This document shows, piece by piece, positions 55,028 through 64,000 of a stretch of DNA of 64,000 nt. The stretch is from Terriglobia bacterium. GTDB taxonomy: Bacteria > Acidobacteriota > Terriglobia > 20CM-2-55-15. Position numbers and translations under genes: made by a program. Numbering within the stretch: position 1 is the stretch's first letter; each line of letters opens with the position of its first letter. The notes under the pieces were generated by a model. The model did no database searches and had not been told where the DNA came from. It was given only the letters and a program-made list of their open reading frames with translations. The DNA lies in assembly GCA_963664115.2 (NCBI GenBank), contig CAXWPJ010000010.1, forward strand, positions 32,001-96,000, in the 5' to 3' direction.

Positions 55028-56830
55028 CTACACACGCAGCAATTCTCCGCCGCTCTGCACGGCCCATAGATCCGAGTATGTGCCTCCGTGAGTGACCAGT
55101 TCGTCGTGGCTTCCCTCTTCTTCAACCTGACCATCCCGGATGACAACGATACGGTCGGCCTTGCGGATCGTGCTGAGGCGATGCGCGATGACCAGCGCCG
55201 TCCGGCCGGCTGTCAGCTCTTCAAGGTTCTGTTGAATCATGCGCTCGGTCTCGGTGTCGACACTGCTTGTGGCTTCGTCCAACACCAGGATCGGTGCATT
55301 CTTCAATAGGGCGCGGGCGATGCTCAAGCGCTGCCTTTGGCCGCCCGACAGTTTGATACCGCGCTCGCCCACAAGCGTTTCGTATCCCTCAGGCAGGCTG
55401 GCCACGAAATCGTGGAGCTGGGCGTGACCCGAGGCCTCGATGACCTGCTCGATCGGCACGTCGATACCCGGGTAGGCGATGTTTTCGCGAATCGTACCGT
55501 GGAACAGAAACACGTCCTGGCTTACCAGTGCGATCTGCTGCCGCAAGTCGTGCTGACTCAGTTCCCGTACGTCGATACCGTCAATTCGTATGGCACCCTC
55601 GTTCACGTCATAGAGGCGCAACAGCAGCTTCACCAGCGTGCTCTTGCCCGCACCTGTGGTACCCGCAATTCCGACCATCTCTCCAGCCCTGATGGTTAGC
55701 GACAGGCCGTTCAGTACAGGAGCACGGTCCCCATAGCGGAAGAACACCTTGTCGAACCGGACATCGCCGCGCGCACGCTCCATACGGGCGGGGTGTTCCG
55801 GATCCCGCACCGTGCTCGGTGTATCCAGCAACCCGAAGATCCGTCTGGCGCTGGCTTTCGCCCTCTGATATTCATCGAAAGTCTGGCCCAACCGTGTCAA
55901 CGGCCACAACAGTCGCTGAATCATCATGCAGAACAACACAAGCTCGCCGGCAGTCAGCGTTTCCCGCATGACGAACCACCCGCCCAAGATAATTATCGCC
56001 GCGAACCCCAGAGCGATTCCCATACGGATGATCGGGACGAATATCGCGGTCAGCTTGATCGCATCGTAATTGGCCTTCCGGTAGCCCTCGCTGGCGGACT
56101 CGACCCGGTCTGCCTCGTAACGCTCAGCCGTAAACGATTTGATGACCGTCATGCCGCCGATGTTGTTCTCTAAACGCGAAGCGACATCGCCCACGCTTGC
56201 GCGCACCTTGCGGTACCGCGGCTCAAGAATGCGGGAAAATTTCAGGCTACCCAGGACGATGATAGGCAGCGGTAGCATGCCCAAGGCCGCAAGGCCGGGA
56301 CTGATGCTGAACAATACGGCGCCGGCAAACAACACCAACACGCAAAGCTGTACGATTTCGTTGAAGGCATTGTTGAGAAACCGCTCAAGCTGATTGACGT
56401 CGTCGTTGAGCATGGCCAGGGTTTGGCCCAGACGTTGCTCTTCAAAGAAGCGAATCTCCCTGGACTGCATGCGACTGTAAGCGTCCACACGCAGACGGTG
56501 CTGTGCGTCCTGCGCGATCGTCATGAACCCGTAGGCGTATCCCCATTGGGACAGGCTCTCCACACCGAAAATCAAGACCGTCAGGATCGCGACAAACACG
56601 ATCTGAGGAAACATCTCGGTCAGTCCAAAGCCGGACATCCAGGCCGGGGCGTTGCCGGTGACACTGTCAATCAGCCAGGCCACAAGGATCGGTGGCGCCA
56701 GGTCGAACACTTTGTTCACCACGGAGAAACCGACGGAAGCGGACAGGCGGCCCCGCATGGGACCCAGGTATGAAAACAGCCGGCGCATGGGACGGGTCGC
56801 CGGTTGTAATAGAAGCGTAGTATCAGTCAT
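55028..56830 (-). CDS. ABC exporter, fused permease/ATP-binding
   Basis: Six-TM domain; GTTGAGKST; LSGGQRQR; LDEATSS; AHRLST. Confidence 0.92.
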   Translation of the reverse strand: MTDTTLLLQPATRPMRRLFSYLGPMRGRLSASVGFSVVNKVFDLAPPILVAWLIDSVTGNAPAWMSGFGLTEMFPQIVFVAILTVLIFGVESLSQWGYAYGFMTIAQDAQHRLRVDAYSRMQSREIRFFEEQRLGQTLAMLNDDVNQLERFLNNAFNEIVQLCVLVLFAGAVLFSISPGLAALGMLPLPIIVLGSLKFSRILEPRYRKVRASVGDVASRLENNIGGMTVIKSFTAERYEADRVESASEGYRKANYDAIKLTAIFVPIIRMGIALGFAAIIILGGWFVMRETLTAGELVLFCMMIQRLLWPLTRLGQTFDEYQRAKASARRIFGLLDTPSTVRDPEHPARMERARGDVRFDKVFFRYGDRAPVLNGLSLTIRAGEMVGIAGTTGAGKSTLVKLLLRLYDVNEGAIRIDGIDVRELSQHDLRQQIALVSQDVFLFHGTIRENIAYPGIDVPIEQVIEASGHAQLHDFVASLPEGYETLVGERGIKLSGGQRQRLSIARALLKNAPILVLDEATSSVDTETERMIQQNLEELTAGRTALVIAHRLSTIRKADRIVVIRDGQVEEEGSHDELVTHGGTYSDLWAVQSGGELLRV

Positions 56831-56858
56831 TAGATATTTTTAATCGACTCTAGGAGCT

Positions 56859-56885
56859 TGCATCTTTTTCGGCCCTTCCGCGTCT
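56859..56885 (+). promoter_or_regulatory. Candidate ECF sigma promoter (TGCATC-N16-CGTCT)
   Basis: ECF-like -35/-10 pair upstream of the arsI-like/sigZ pair. Confidence 0.4.
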
Positions 56886-56937
56886 CTGCTATTGAGAAAA
56901 CAAACGTGTCTTCTTGACTTGAAGGAGGATCGAAGAA

Positions 56938-57432
56938 ATGCACGAGCACACTAAGTCCGCGATTGACTTTAAAGGCAACTCACGCATCCACATCGGCCTT
57001 GCCGTGAGCGACATGGACAGCGCCAAACGATTCTACCAGACCCTCCTTGGCCACGCCCCGGCCAAAGAGCGCCGTGGATACGTCAAGTTCGAGACTGAGG
57101 ACCCCTCTGTCAACTTGTCCTTGAATCAAGTAGAAGGTGGGGCCGGGCTGAAAGACAAGCTACCAGCCCACTATGGGATTCAGGTCCAGTCTTCAGACGC
57201 AGTCATTGAAGCGGTCGAGCGCTTCAAGAAGGCAGGGCTGGATGTTAGAGTCGAAGAGAGGACTACCTGCTGCTACGCGGTACAGGACAAGGTCTGGACA
57301 CATGATCCGGACGGAAACCAGTGGGAAGTCTTCGTCGTCACAGATGCTGATGCGGAATCGGGAATGGACTCCGGCTCTGCATGCTGCCAGAGGGAGGATG
57401 AGACAGCGAGTCCGTGCTGTGCCCCTTCGTAA
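56938..57432 (+). CDS. ArsI/CadI family VOC metalloenzyme
   Basis: RIHIGLAV, HYGIQV, TTCCYAVQDKVW.DPDGNQWEVF, C-terminal CC pairs. Confidence 0.88.
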   Translation: MHEHTKSAIDFKGNSRIHIGLAVSDMDSAKRFYQTLLGHAPAKERRGYVKFETEDPSVNLSLNQVEGGAGLKDKLPAHYGIQVQSSDAVIEAVERFKKAGLDVRVEERTTCCYAVQDKVWTHDPDGNQWEVFVVTDADAESGMDSGSACCQREDETASPCCAPS

Positions 57433-57465
57433 TTTTCACAGGCAGCCCGTGCGCGCGAGGTATAT

Positions 57466-58095
57466 ATGACAACGACGATCGCCACCGAGGAAGTCTGGGA
57501 GCTTCTGAGCACTCGACTCGGACGTTTCATCCGCGCGCGCGTCGAAGACGACCCGACTGCGTCGGATTTATTGCAGGAAACGTTTCTGCGGATCCATAAG
57601 AAGTTGGGAACGCTTGAAGATGAGGAACGCTTGCCGGCATGGGTGTTTCAGATCGCGCGCAATGTGATCGCAGATCACTACAGGTCAAAGAAAAGCCCCT
57701 CTAGCCTGGCCATGTATCCGCCGCCACGACCGGAATCCGAAAATCTCAATGAAATCATTTCCGGGTGGATTCCCGGCGCGATCGAGAGTCTTCCGGAATC
57801 TTACCGTGATGCCGTAACACTCTATGAACTGGAAGATCTGCCACAAAAAGAAATCGCACAGCAGCTCGGTCTATCTTTGAGTGCCGTAAAATCGCGAGTC
57901 CGTCGCGGACGGGAGAAGCTTAAACAAGTACTGAACGACTGTTGTGCGTTCGAGTTGGACCGCCGGGGCAACGTGCTCGATTGGCAGGTCCGTAACGGGG
58001 CCGACTGTGGCTCCTGTTCCGATCCGACTTCTGCCGGATCAGATCGGATTGGCCTTGAAAGCACACGATCGAATCGCGATTCTAACCGGCAATAA
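57466..58095 (+). CDS. sigZ: ECF RNA polymerase sigma factor, SigZ-like
   Basis: DLLQETFLRIH, WVFQIARN.I.DHYR, VKSRVRRGR, C-terminal DCCAFELDRRG..CGSC. Confidence 0.82.
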   Translation: MTTTIATEEVWELLSTRLGRFIRARVEDDPTASDLLQETFLRIHKKLGTLEDEERLPAWVFQIARNVIADHYRSKKSPSSLAMYPPPRPESENLNEIISGWIPGAIESLPESYRDAVTLYELEDLPQKEIAQQLGLSLSAVKSRVRRGREKLKQVLNDCCAFELDRRGNVLDWQVRNGADCGSCSDPTSAGSDRIGLESTRSNRDSNRQ

Positions 58096-58180
58096 GACGT
58101 CTTCCTGGTTTAAAAGCAACAACGGACGATTGCTGCTTGCCGAGTTTCATCACCTCTGATACGATCCTCTCGTTTTTAAC

Positions 58181-58340
58181 GTCGACAGGCGCCCGCCGAT
58201 AGGGGACGGGCAGCAAGAGGGAAGCGGGTGCCAATCCCGCACGGTCGCGCCACTGTGATCAGCGAGCGCTCCGGAATCAAAAGTCGAAACCCAGACTTCC
58301 GGTAGCGCGATGACCTGTAAGTCAGGAACCTGCCTTCGAC
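58181..58340 (+). ncRNA. Cobalamin riboswitch
   Basis: AGGGAAGCGGGTGCCAATCCCGCACGGTCGCGCCACTGTGA and B12-box-like AAGTCAGGAACCTGCC; closing stem GTCGA../..TCGAC; directly upstream of cob/btu genes. Confidence 0.88.
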
Positions 58341-58471
58341 AGATACGACTCACGGAGAGCTTCGCAAGAAAGCGCCGGGTCGGTACGAAGGTCGGTTTCC
58401 CAACCGCCTCACCCACCTAGTCCTTCCGGACGAAGCCCCCAGAAAATCTACACCTTGAGGTGACCATTAGG

Positions 58472-59011
58472 ATGCTAACCCTCGTTACCGGTGGCGCGCG
58501 TAGCGGTAAGAGCCGTTTCGCCCAGTCGCTGTGTTCCCCGGCGGCTCGGACCTGCTTTCTCGCCACAGCCAGAGTGGAAGACGAGGAAATGCGGCGCCGG
58601 GTCCAGCAACACCGGACCGATCGCCCTCCCGGCTGGACCACGGTCGAGGAACCTCTCGGGATCTCGAAGGCGGCGCTCGGGCTGAAGGGCCAGGTGGACG
58701 TCATTCTGCTCGACTGCCTCACGCTCTGGACCAGCAATCTCCTCCTGAAAATGTCCGATGCGCCGCTTGAGCGCGTTGAAACAGCGGCGTTTCGTGAGCT
58801 GGACGCACTCATCGATCAGGCCAAAGAAACGCGAATGGTTCTGGTCACGAACGAAGTCGGCTCAGGCATTGTTCCCGAATCAGCCCTGGGCCGCCATTTC
58901 CGCGATCTGCACGGCTGGATCAATCAGCGCGTCGCGGCCCAGGCCAACGAAGTCTATTTGATGGTTTCTGGCGTGGGGCTGCGAGTCAAGTCCGACACGG
59001 AGCAAGCATGA
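58472..59011 (+). CDS. cobU: Adenosylcobinamide kinase / cobinamide-phosphate guanylyltransferase
   Basis: VTGGARSGKS, HRTDRP..W.TVEEP, DCLTLW, TNEVGSGIVP. Start is ATG 58472 or GTG 58460. Confidence 0.93.
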   Translation: MLTLVTGGARSGKSRFAQSLCSPAARTCFLATARVEDEEMRRRVQQHRTDRPPGWTTVEEPLGISKAALGLKGQVDVILLDCLTLWTSNLLLKMSDAPLERVETAAFRELDALIDQAKETRMVLVTNEVGSGIVPESALGRHFRDLHGWINQRVAAQANEVYLMVSGVGLRVKSDTEQA

Positions 59012-59922
59012 CTTGCAATCGCTTTGGTCTGATCGTGACTCATCGGGCGTGGGTTCTGCCGCTGGCACTGAATCTGTTGACCGCTTGTGGAGCCCAACCG
59101 GTGGAGAAACTCGTTGAATCGGTCCCGAACCCCGCTCGCATTGTTTCTCTGACTCCCGCAGCGACTGAGATTCTCTTTGGACTCGGAGTGTTCGATCGGG
59201 TTGTCGGAATTTCGGACTACTGCACCTACCCCCCGCAAGTGGATACCTTGCCTCGTTTGGGAAGCTGGCAAGACGCGGATTTGGAACGGCTGACGCGCCT
59301 GGCTCCCGATCTGGTTGTGACCGGCGGCGTCGAATCCTCCATCCTGTCCGGCCAATTAGCTGCTCTGGAGATTCCCACGGTAACGATCGCAGTCGACACA
59401 CTGGACGACGTCTTCCGTAACATCGAGCGCATCGGTCTTGTGGTCGGACGTTCCGATCGTGCGAGGGCGCTGGCGGAAGAAACACAAGCTGAGCTCGGAG
59501 ACATCCGGACGGATGTTCAAGGAGTGGACCGACCCCGCGTGCTGGTGGTCGTGGATCGAATTCCGGGCACCCTCAGAAGCATCTACACGGTCAGCGAAGA
59601 TAGTTTCCTTGCCGAGCTCATTCAAATAGCAGGAGGCGAGCCCGTTCAGGTGACGAACGCGATCGGCGGCTACGCGCAGGTCAGTCTCGAGGCATTGGTG
59701 TACCTGGACCCGGAAATCATCATCGACATGATTCAGGGTGTGCCCGGCCGGTTTAGGGAAAACTCGATGGAGGTTTGGGGGCAGATTCCCAACCTTAGGG
59801 CGGTTCAAACAGGGCGGGTGCATCCCATACGGGACACATCGGTACTGCATCCCTCTCAAAGAGTATCCGTGACGGCCCGTCGTTTCGCCGAAATCATTCA
59901 TCCCGAAGTGTTCCAACAATGA
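59008..59922 (+). CDS. btuF: Cobalamin ABC transporter substrate-binding lipoprotein
   Basis: Lipobox LTAC; RIVSLTPAATEILFGLG; YCTYP; cob context. Confidence 0.82.
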   Translation: MTCNRFGLIVTHRAWVLPLALNLLTACGAQPVEKLVESVPNPARIVSLTPAATEILFGLGVFDRVVGISDYCTYPPQVDTLPRLGSWQDADLERLTRLAPDLVVTGGVESSILSGQLAALEIPTVTIAVDTLDDVFRNIERIGLVVGRSDRARALAEETQAELGDIRTDVQGVDRPRVLVVVDRIPGTLRSIYTVSEDSFLAELIQIAGGEPVQVTNAIGGYAQVSLEALVYLDPEIIIDMIQGVPGRFRENSMEVWGQIPNLRAVQTGRVHPIRDTSVLHPSQRVSVTARRFAEIIHPEVFQQ

Positions 59923-60731
59923 ACTCTCGAATGGACACGGCGAAAGACTCTGGTCCGATGTTCACGCTGTCGGACGTCTCCTTCAACTACGCCGCGGGTC
60001 GAACTGGAGTGCGCGATGTATCTCTCCGGATTCCCGCGGGGGCCCTGGTCGCTGTGATCGGGGCCAATGGCAGTGGAAAGTCAACGCTCCTGCGTCTGAT
60101 CGCAGGGATTCTCAGCCCTCAAAAAGGAACCATTCTGCTTGGCGGACGCGACCCGCTCAGACGCACGCGGGCCTTGGCCAGGCGAATCGCTTACGTTCCT
60201 CAAACACACGACATCGTCTTTCCTTTCCCGGTACTGGATGTCGTTCTTGCAGGACGGGCTCCGCACACCTCACGCTTCCGCTTCGAAACAGACGAAGACC
60301 GCAGGATCGCTCTCACATGCCTCCGCGAGGTCGGCGTGGATCATCTCGCCCACCGACCGGTCACCGAACTCTCCGTCGGCGAACGGCAGCTTGTTTCCAT
60401 TGCACGTGGGCTGGCACAACAACCCGAATGCCTGCTTCTGGACGAACCCACGGCGGCTCTGGATTTGACGCACAGATGGCGGGTCATAAGGATCGTGCAG
60501 CGCCTGCGATCCGACCGCCGGCTGACCACACTGTTTGTGACTCATGATGTGGAGTCGCTCGATGAGTCCTTCGATCAGGTCATTGCGATGCAGTCGGGAG
60601 CCATTGTTGCAGTGGGCACGCCATCAAGCGTCATCCGGCAAGACAGGTTGAGGCAGATCTATGGGGATTCGACCCTGGCCACGCGGCGTATCGAAGGGAG
60701 GACCTTCATATGGTCGAGGCCGGACGCATGA
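59919..60731 (+). CDS. btuD: Cobalamin/iron-chelate ABC transporter ATP-binding protein
   Basis: GANGSGKST; LSVGERQ; LLLDEPT; THD. Confidence 0.8.
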   Translation: MNSRMDTAKDSGPMFTLSDVSFNYAAGRTGVRDVSLRIPAGALVAVIGANGSGKSTLLRLIAGILSPQKGTILLGGRDPLRRTRALARRIAYVPQTHDIVFPFPVLDVVLAGRAPHTSRFRFETDEDRRIALTCLREVGVDHLAHRPVTELSVGERQLVSIARGLAQQPECLLLDEPTAALDLTHRWRVIRIVQRLRSDRRLTTLFVTHDVESLDESFDQVIAMQSGAIVAVGTPSSVIRQDRLRQIYGDSTLATRRIEGRTFIWSRPDA

Positions 60732-61771
60732 CACAGGCTGCTTCCCCGCCGGAAACTCTGGACGGCTCATTAGTTTCGGACGGTAATCTCACCTTCGTCC
60801 GCGCAATGTGTGGGCTCGTGTTGCTGCTGATTCTAGTTGCGAGCTTGTCCCTATGGTTGGGCTACCGCAATCTGGATTTCGAAGAACTTTGGAACAATGA
60901 CGCCACACGGACGGCATTCTTCAGCCTGAGATTGCCACGGGTCGTGTTAGGAGCGATCGTAGGCGCTTCACTGGGGACGGTTGGCACCGCCCTCCAGGCC
61001 ATGTTCAGGAATCCGCTGGCGGAACCTTTCACCTTGGGCGTCTCGGGGGGCGGGACGCTCGGCGCCAGTATTGCGATCGCCCTTGGATGGGGAGCGTCTA
61101 TCCTCGGCGTGCCAGCCATCTTCTTGGCAGGGTTCGCCGGATCCGGCATTGCGGTAGTTGTTGCCTATCGCATCGGGAGCCGCTTGAGCGTCGTCATCCC
61201 GGGAACGATTCTGCTGGCGGGCCTGGCAATCAATCTGACCGCGACGGCAGGCGTCATTATCCTGCAGTATCTCGCCGACGCTACGCGGGCGCTCCAGATT
61301 CTGCGGTGGTCGATCGGAAGTCTCGAAATCGTAGGCTTCGGCCTTGTCCAGCAAATGCTGATCCTCCTGGTTCCGGGATGGATCGTTCTCTTGTTTTCAC
61401 TGAAGGATCTGCATCTCTTGGCCATGGGCGAAGAAGTGGCTCTCAGCCTGGGAGTCAATGTGGCGCGGCGCGAACGGTGGGTATTCTTTGCGGCGTCGCT
61501 GATCGTCGGAGTCACCGTTTCCATCGCAGGCACGATTGCCTTCGTCGGATTGGTGGTTCCGCACATCGTCCGAATGCTTTACGGAGAGGATCTCCGAATG
61601 GTTATGCCGTGCTCGTTCCTGCTGGGCGCATCGTTTCTGATGGGCGCTGACACGGTGGCCAGGGTCATTCTCAGTTCGGGTGAACTGCCGGTTGGCGCCG
61701 TGACTGCCTTGTTGGGAGGGCTCATGTTTCTGTGGCTGCTTCAGAGGCACCCTACCCAAACCGCAATGTAA
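60728..61771 (+). CDS. btuC: Cobalamin/iron-chelate ABC transporter permease (FecCD family)
   Basis: LRLPRV, FRNPLAEPFTLGVS, AFVGLVVPH, ELPVGAVTA; ATGA overlap. Confidence 0.85.
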   Translation: MTQAASPPETLDGSLVSDGNLTFVRAMCGLVLLLILVASLSLWLGYRNLDFEELWNNDATRTAFFSLRLPRVVLGAIVGASLGTVGTALQAMFRNPLAEPFTLGVSGGGTLGASIAIALGWGASILGVPAIFLAGFAGSGIAVVVAYRIGSRLSVVIPGTILLAGLAINLTATAGVIILQYLADATRALQILRWSIGSLEIVGFGLVQQMLILLVPGWIVLLFSLKDLHLLAMGEEVALSLGVNVARRERWVFFAASLIVGVTVSIAGTIAFVGLVVPHIVRMLYGEDLRMVMPCSFLLGASFLMGADTVARVILSSGELPVGAVTALLGGLMFLWLLQRHPTQTAM

Positions 61772-61813
61772 GAACTGGCGGCCAACGAACGCCAGAAAAG
61801 GGAGATCGAACAT

Positions 61814-62389
61814 ATGACCATAGTGACCAAACGTGGAGATCGGGGGCAAACCGATCTTGCGGGACAGGTTCGAACCTCGAAAGCCAGCCTGCGCGTCGAG
61901 TGTTACGGAACACTTGACGAGTTGATATCCCAGTTGGGTTTTGTTCGATCGATATGCGCCCACGTTCCGACTCAGACTCTCGTCAAAGACATTCAGCGCG
62001 TCCTGTTCCGTGTCGGGTCTGGGGTAGCCACCGATCCCAACGCGGCTGTTGAAGCGCCTGAGATCAGCACACAGTTTGTGGAATCGCTCGACGAGCATAT
62101 CAGGCAGATCGAGTCGACGGGCACCATTGCCTCGGACTGGTCCATCCCCGGAGAGGATGCGGCTGGGGCTGCCATGGACCTTGCCCGCACGGTGTGCCGC
62201 CGTGCGGAGCGCCAGGTGGTCCGGCTGGCCGCCAGCGGGGAAAGCGTCGATCCAAACGTCCTTGTCTATCTCAACCGTTTGTCAGATCTTCTGTGGCTGC
62301 TTGCACGTCAATTGGAATCATCCGCCGGTGTGGACAGTCGCCTCCGGGACGCGGACCATCCCGGCAAGCCCTGGTCATCCGCGTGGTAG
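61814..62389 (+). CDS. pduO: PduO-type cob(I)alamin adenosyltransferase
   Basis: TKRGDRGQT, YGTLDEL, RTVCRRAER, YLNRLSDLL. Confidence 0.9.
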   Translation: MTIVTKRGDRGQTDLAGQVRTSKASLRVECYGTLDELISQLGFVRSICAHVPTQTLVKDIQRVLFRVGSGVATDPNAAVEAPEISTQFVESLDEHIRQIESTGTIASDWSIPGEDAAGAAMDLARTVCRRAERQVVRLAASGESVDPNVLVYLNRLSDLLWLLARQLESSAGVDSRLRDADHPGKPWSSAW

Positions 62390-62425
62390 ACCTGGAGCCG
62401 CGTACTATGACCGGAGCCGCATACT

Positions 62426-63490
62426 ATGAATAGTAAAGCCCTGTTGGCGTCGACACTCGAGGCCATCGTTCCAGTCGATCACACGTGGATTGAACGCGCC
62501 AGAGGGAGGCAGAAGGAGTTAACGAAGCCTGAGGGCAGCCTGGGGAGACTCGAAGAGATCGCGAATCGATTGTGCGGAATACAAAAAACCCTCACGCCCT
62601 CCGCCGCCAATCCTCAAATTCTGTTGTTCGCCGCCGACCACGGTGTGTGTGCGGAAGGGATCAGCGCTTTTCCCCAGTCCGTAACCGCTCAGATGGTCCT
62701 CAATTTTCTGCGCGGCGGCGCAGCCATTAATACCCTCGCACGAGCAAACAATATCAAGCTGCGCATCGTCGACGTGGGCGTCGAATCGCCATTGCCGGAG
62801 TCTCCGGCGCTGATCCAGCGCCGAATCGGAAACGGCACCAGGAATCTCGCCCGCCATCCGGCAATGACGCGTCGCGAGGCGATAGACGCCATCGCCGTCG
62901 GCATCGAGTTGACTCAAGAAGCCGCCCGGGAGGGCTCAGGAGTTGTCGGAATTGGCGAAATGGGTATCGGCAACACGACTTCAGCAGCAGCTATCACTGC
63001 CGCGCTAACCCAACGGCCGGCGGCGGAGGTCGTTGGGCGGGGCACCGGCATCGACGACATAACGCTAGCGCGAAAGATCGATGTAGTCGCCCGTGCTGTA
63101 TCCCTTCACCGGCCTCAGATCCACGACGCTATCGATATTCTTTCCACGCTGGGCGGATTCGAAATCGCGGCAATGTGCGGCGTCTGTATCGCAGCCGCTT
63201 CACTGAATATCCTTGTCATCGTCGATGGCTTCATATCGACGAGTGCGGCTGCACTAGCGACACGCGTGCACCCCGACATCCGGGAATACCTGCTTGCCGC
63301 TCACAGGTCGAGGGAATCCGGTCACGGTGCGCTTCTCGAGCTGATCGACGATGCGCCGTTGCTGGATCTGGGAATGCGTCTAGGTGAAGGGACAGGAGCG
63401 GCCTTGGGTGTCGGACTTATTCGATCGGCGATTGCTGCTTTTAACGAAATGTCGACCTTCGCCGATGCCTCAGTCTCGGAAAGCAACTAG
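62426..63490 (+). CDS. cobT: Nicotinate-nucleotide:dimethylbenzimidazole phosphoribosyltransferase
   Basis: LTKPEGSLGRLE, AADHGV, GEMGIGNTTSAAA, MRLGEGTGA. Confidence 0.95.
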   Translation: MNSKALLASTLEAIVPVDHTWIERARGRQKELTKPEGSLGRLEEIANRLCGIQKTLTPSAANPQILLFAADHGVCAEGISAFPQSVTAQMVLNFLRGGAAINTLARANNIKLRIVDVGVESPLPESPALIQRRIGNGTRNLARHPAMTRREAIDAIAVGIELTQEAAREGSGVVGIGEMGIGNTTSAAAITAALTQRPAAEVVGRGTGIDDITLARKIDVVARAVSLHRPQIHDAIDILSTLGGFEIAAMCGVCIAAASLNILVIVDGFISTSAAALATRVHPDIREYLLAAHRSRESGHGALLELIDDAPLLDLGMRLGEGTGAALGVGLIRSAIAAFNEMSTFADASVSESN

Positions 63491-63495
63491 GTCCC

Positions 63496-64000
63496 ATGGG
63501 TGAATTCATATCCGCCATCTCTTTTCTAACACGGCTCCCAGTGCCGGGACAGGGGGCATTGAGGGCCGTCGACATTGGACGGGCCACTGCGTGGTTTCCG
63601 GCCGTTGGACTGATCGTTGGAGCCTCGCATCTGCTCACGCTTGAACTCCTCAGCGGTATTTTACCGCCTGCGATGGCCGGAATCTTTGTCTTGATTGTGG
63701 ACGTCCTGATCACGGGCGCGCTTCATATGGATGGTCTGGCGGACACCGCGGACGGATTCGGTGGCGGCTGGACGAAGAGCGAGGTACTCAGGATCATGGG
63801 CGATCATGCTATCGGCGCCTATGGAGCAACGGCACTGATACTCTGCCTCGCTCTAAAAGGGGCCATGATCGCCACGCTTATAGATGCTCCAGACCGGCTC
63901 GGGTTGTTTCTGGCTGCCCCGGTCATCGGGCGCTGGTCCAGCGTAGTGCTCAGCTTTGCCCTGCCTAACGCCAGAAACTCAACTGATTCCACCGGGTCAG
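63496..64000 (+). CDS. cobS: Cobalamin-5'-phosphate synthase, 3'-partial
   Basis: MGEFISAISFLTRLPVP..WFPAVG..TGALHMDGLADTADGFGG..LRIMGDHAIGAYG; runs off the window. Confidence 0.9.
   Translation, partial: MGEFISAISFLTRLPVPGQGALRAVDIGRATAWFPAVGLIVGASHLLTLELLSGILPPAMAGIFVLIVDVLITGALHMDGLADTADGFGGGWTKSEVLRIMGDHAIGAYGATALILCLALKGAMIATLIDAPDRLGLFLAAPVIGRWSSVVLSFALPNARNSTDSTGS

Overview
This is a GC-rich bacterial chromosomal window. Its gene families (Oar-like TonB-dependent barrels, FG-GAP/ASPIC-UnbV proteins, DUF6152) suggest Acidobacteriota, which is an inference. From left to right: (1) the end of a TonB-dependent receptor, then a five-gene FG-GAP/ASPIC-UnbV + TPR + pentaheme-cytochrome operon. 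It is bracketed by GTAG-type REP doublets, with an IS91 remnant on the right. (2) A secreted-protein island with DUF6152 (AHH...NPH) paralogs, paralogs of an unnamed G(R/K)WEG(N/D)TLV family, a metallo-beta-lactamase-fold protein missing one metal site, a c-type cytochrome, and a tandem pair of outer-membrane barrels with an unusual helical N-terminal domain. (3) Three copies of a Tat-exported PaoABC-like molybdenum hydroxylase operon. The 2Fe-2S and FAD subunits are nearly identical between copies, while the Mo subunits are divergent, mosaic and carry non-canonical active-site motifs. A third barrel, a cytochrome c' and xdhC lie with them. (4) An FHA-GAF-PP2C phosphatase gene split by an IS1380-family element (CTAG target duplication), next to a STAS protein. 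(5) DUF1080, TPR, ABC exporter, ArsI/CadI and SigZ genes. (6) A cobalamin riboswitch heading a cobU-btuFDC-pduO-cobT-cobS salvage operon. I recognised no rRNA, tRNA or CRISPR array. The best candidates for an undescribed system are the triplicated molybdoenzyme with its barrels, and the DUF6152/partner module. All calls were made by eye, with no database search.
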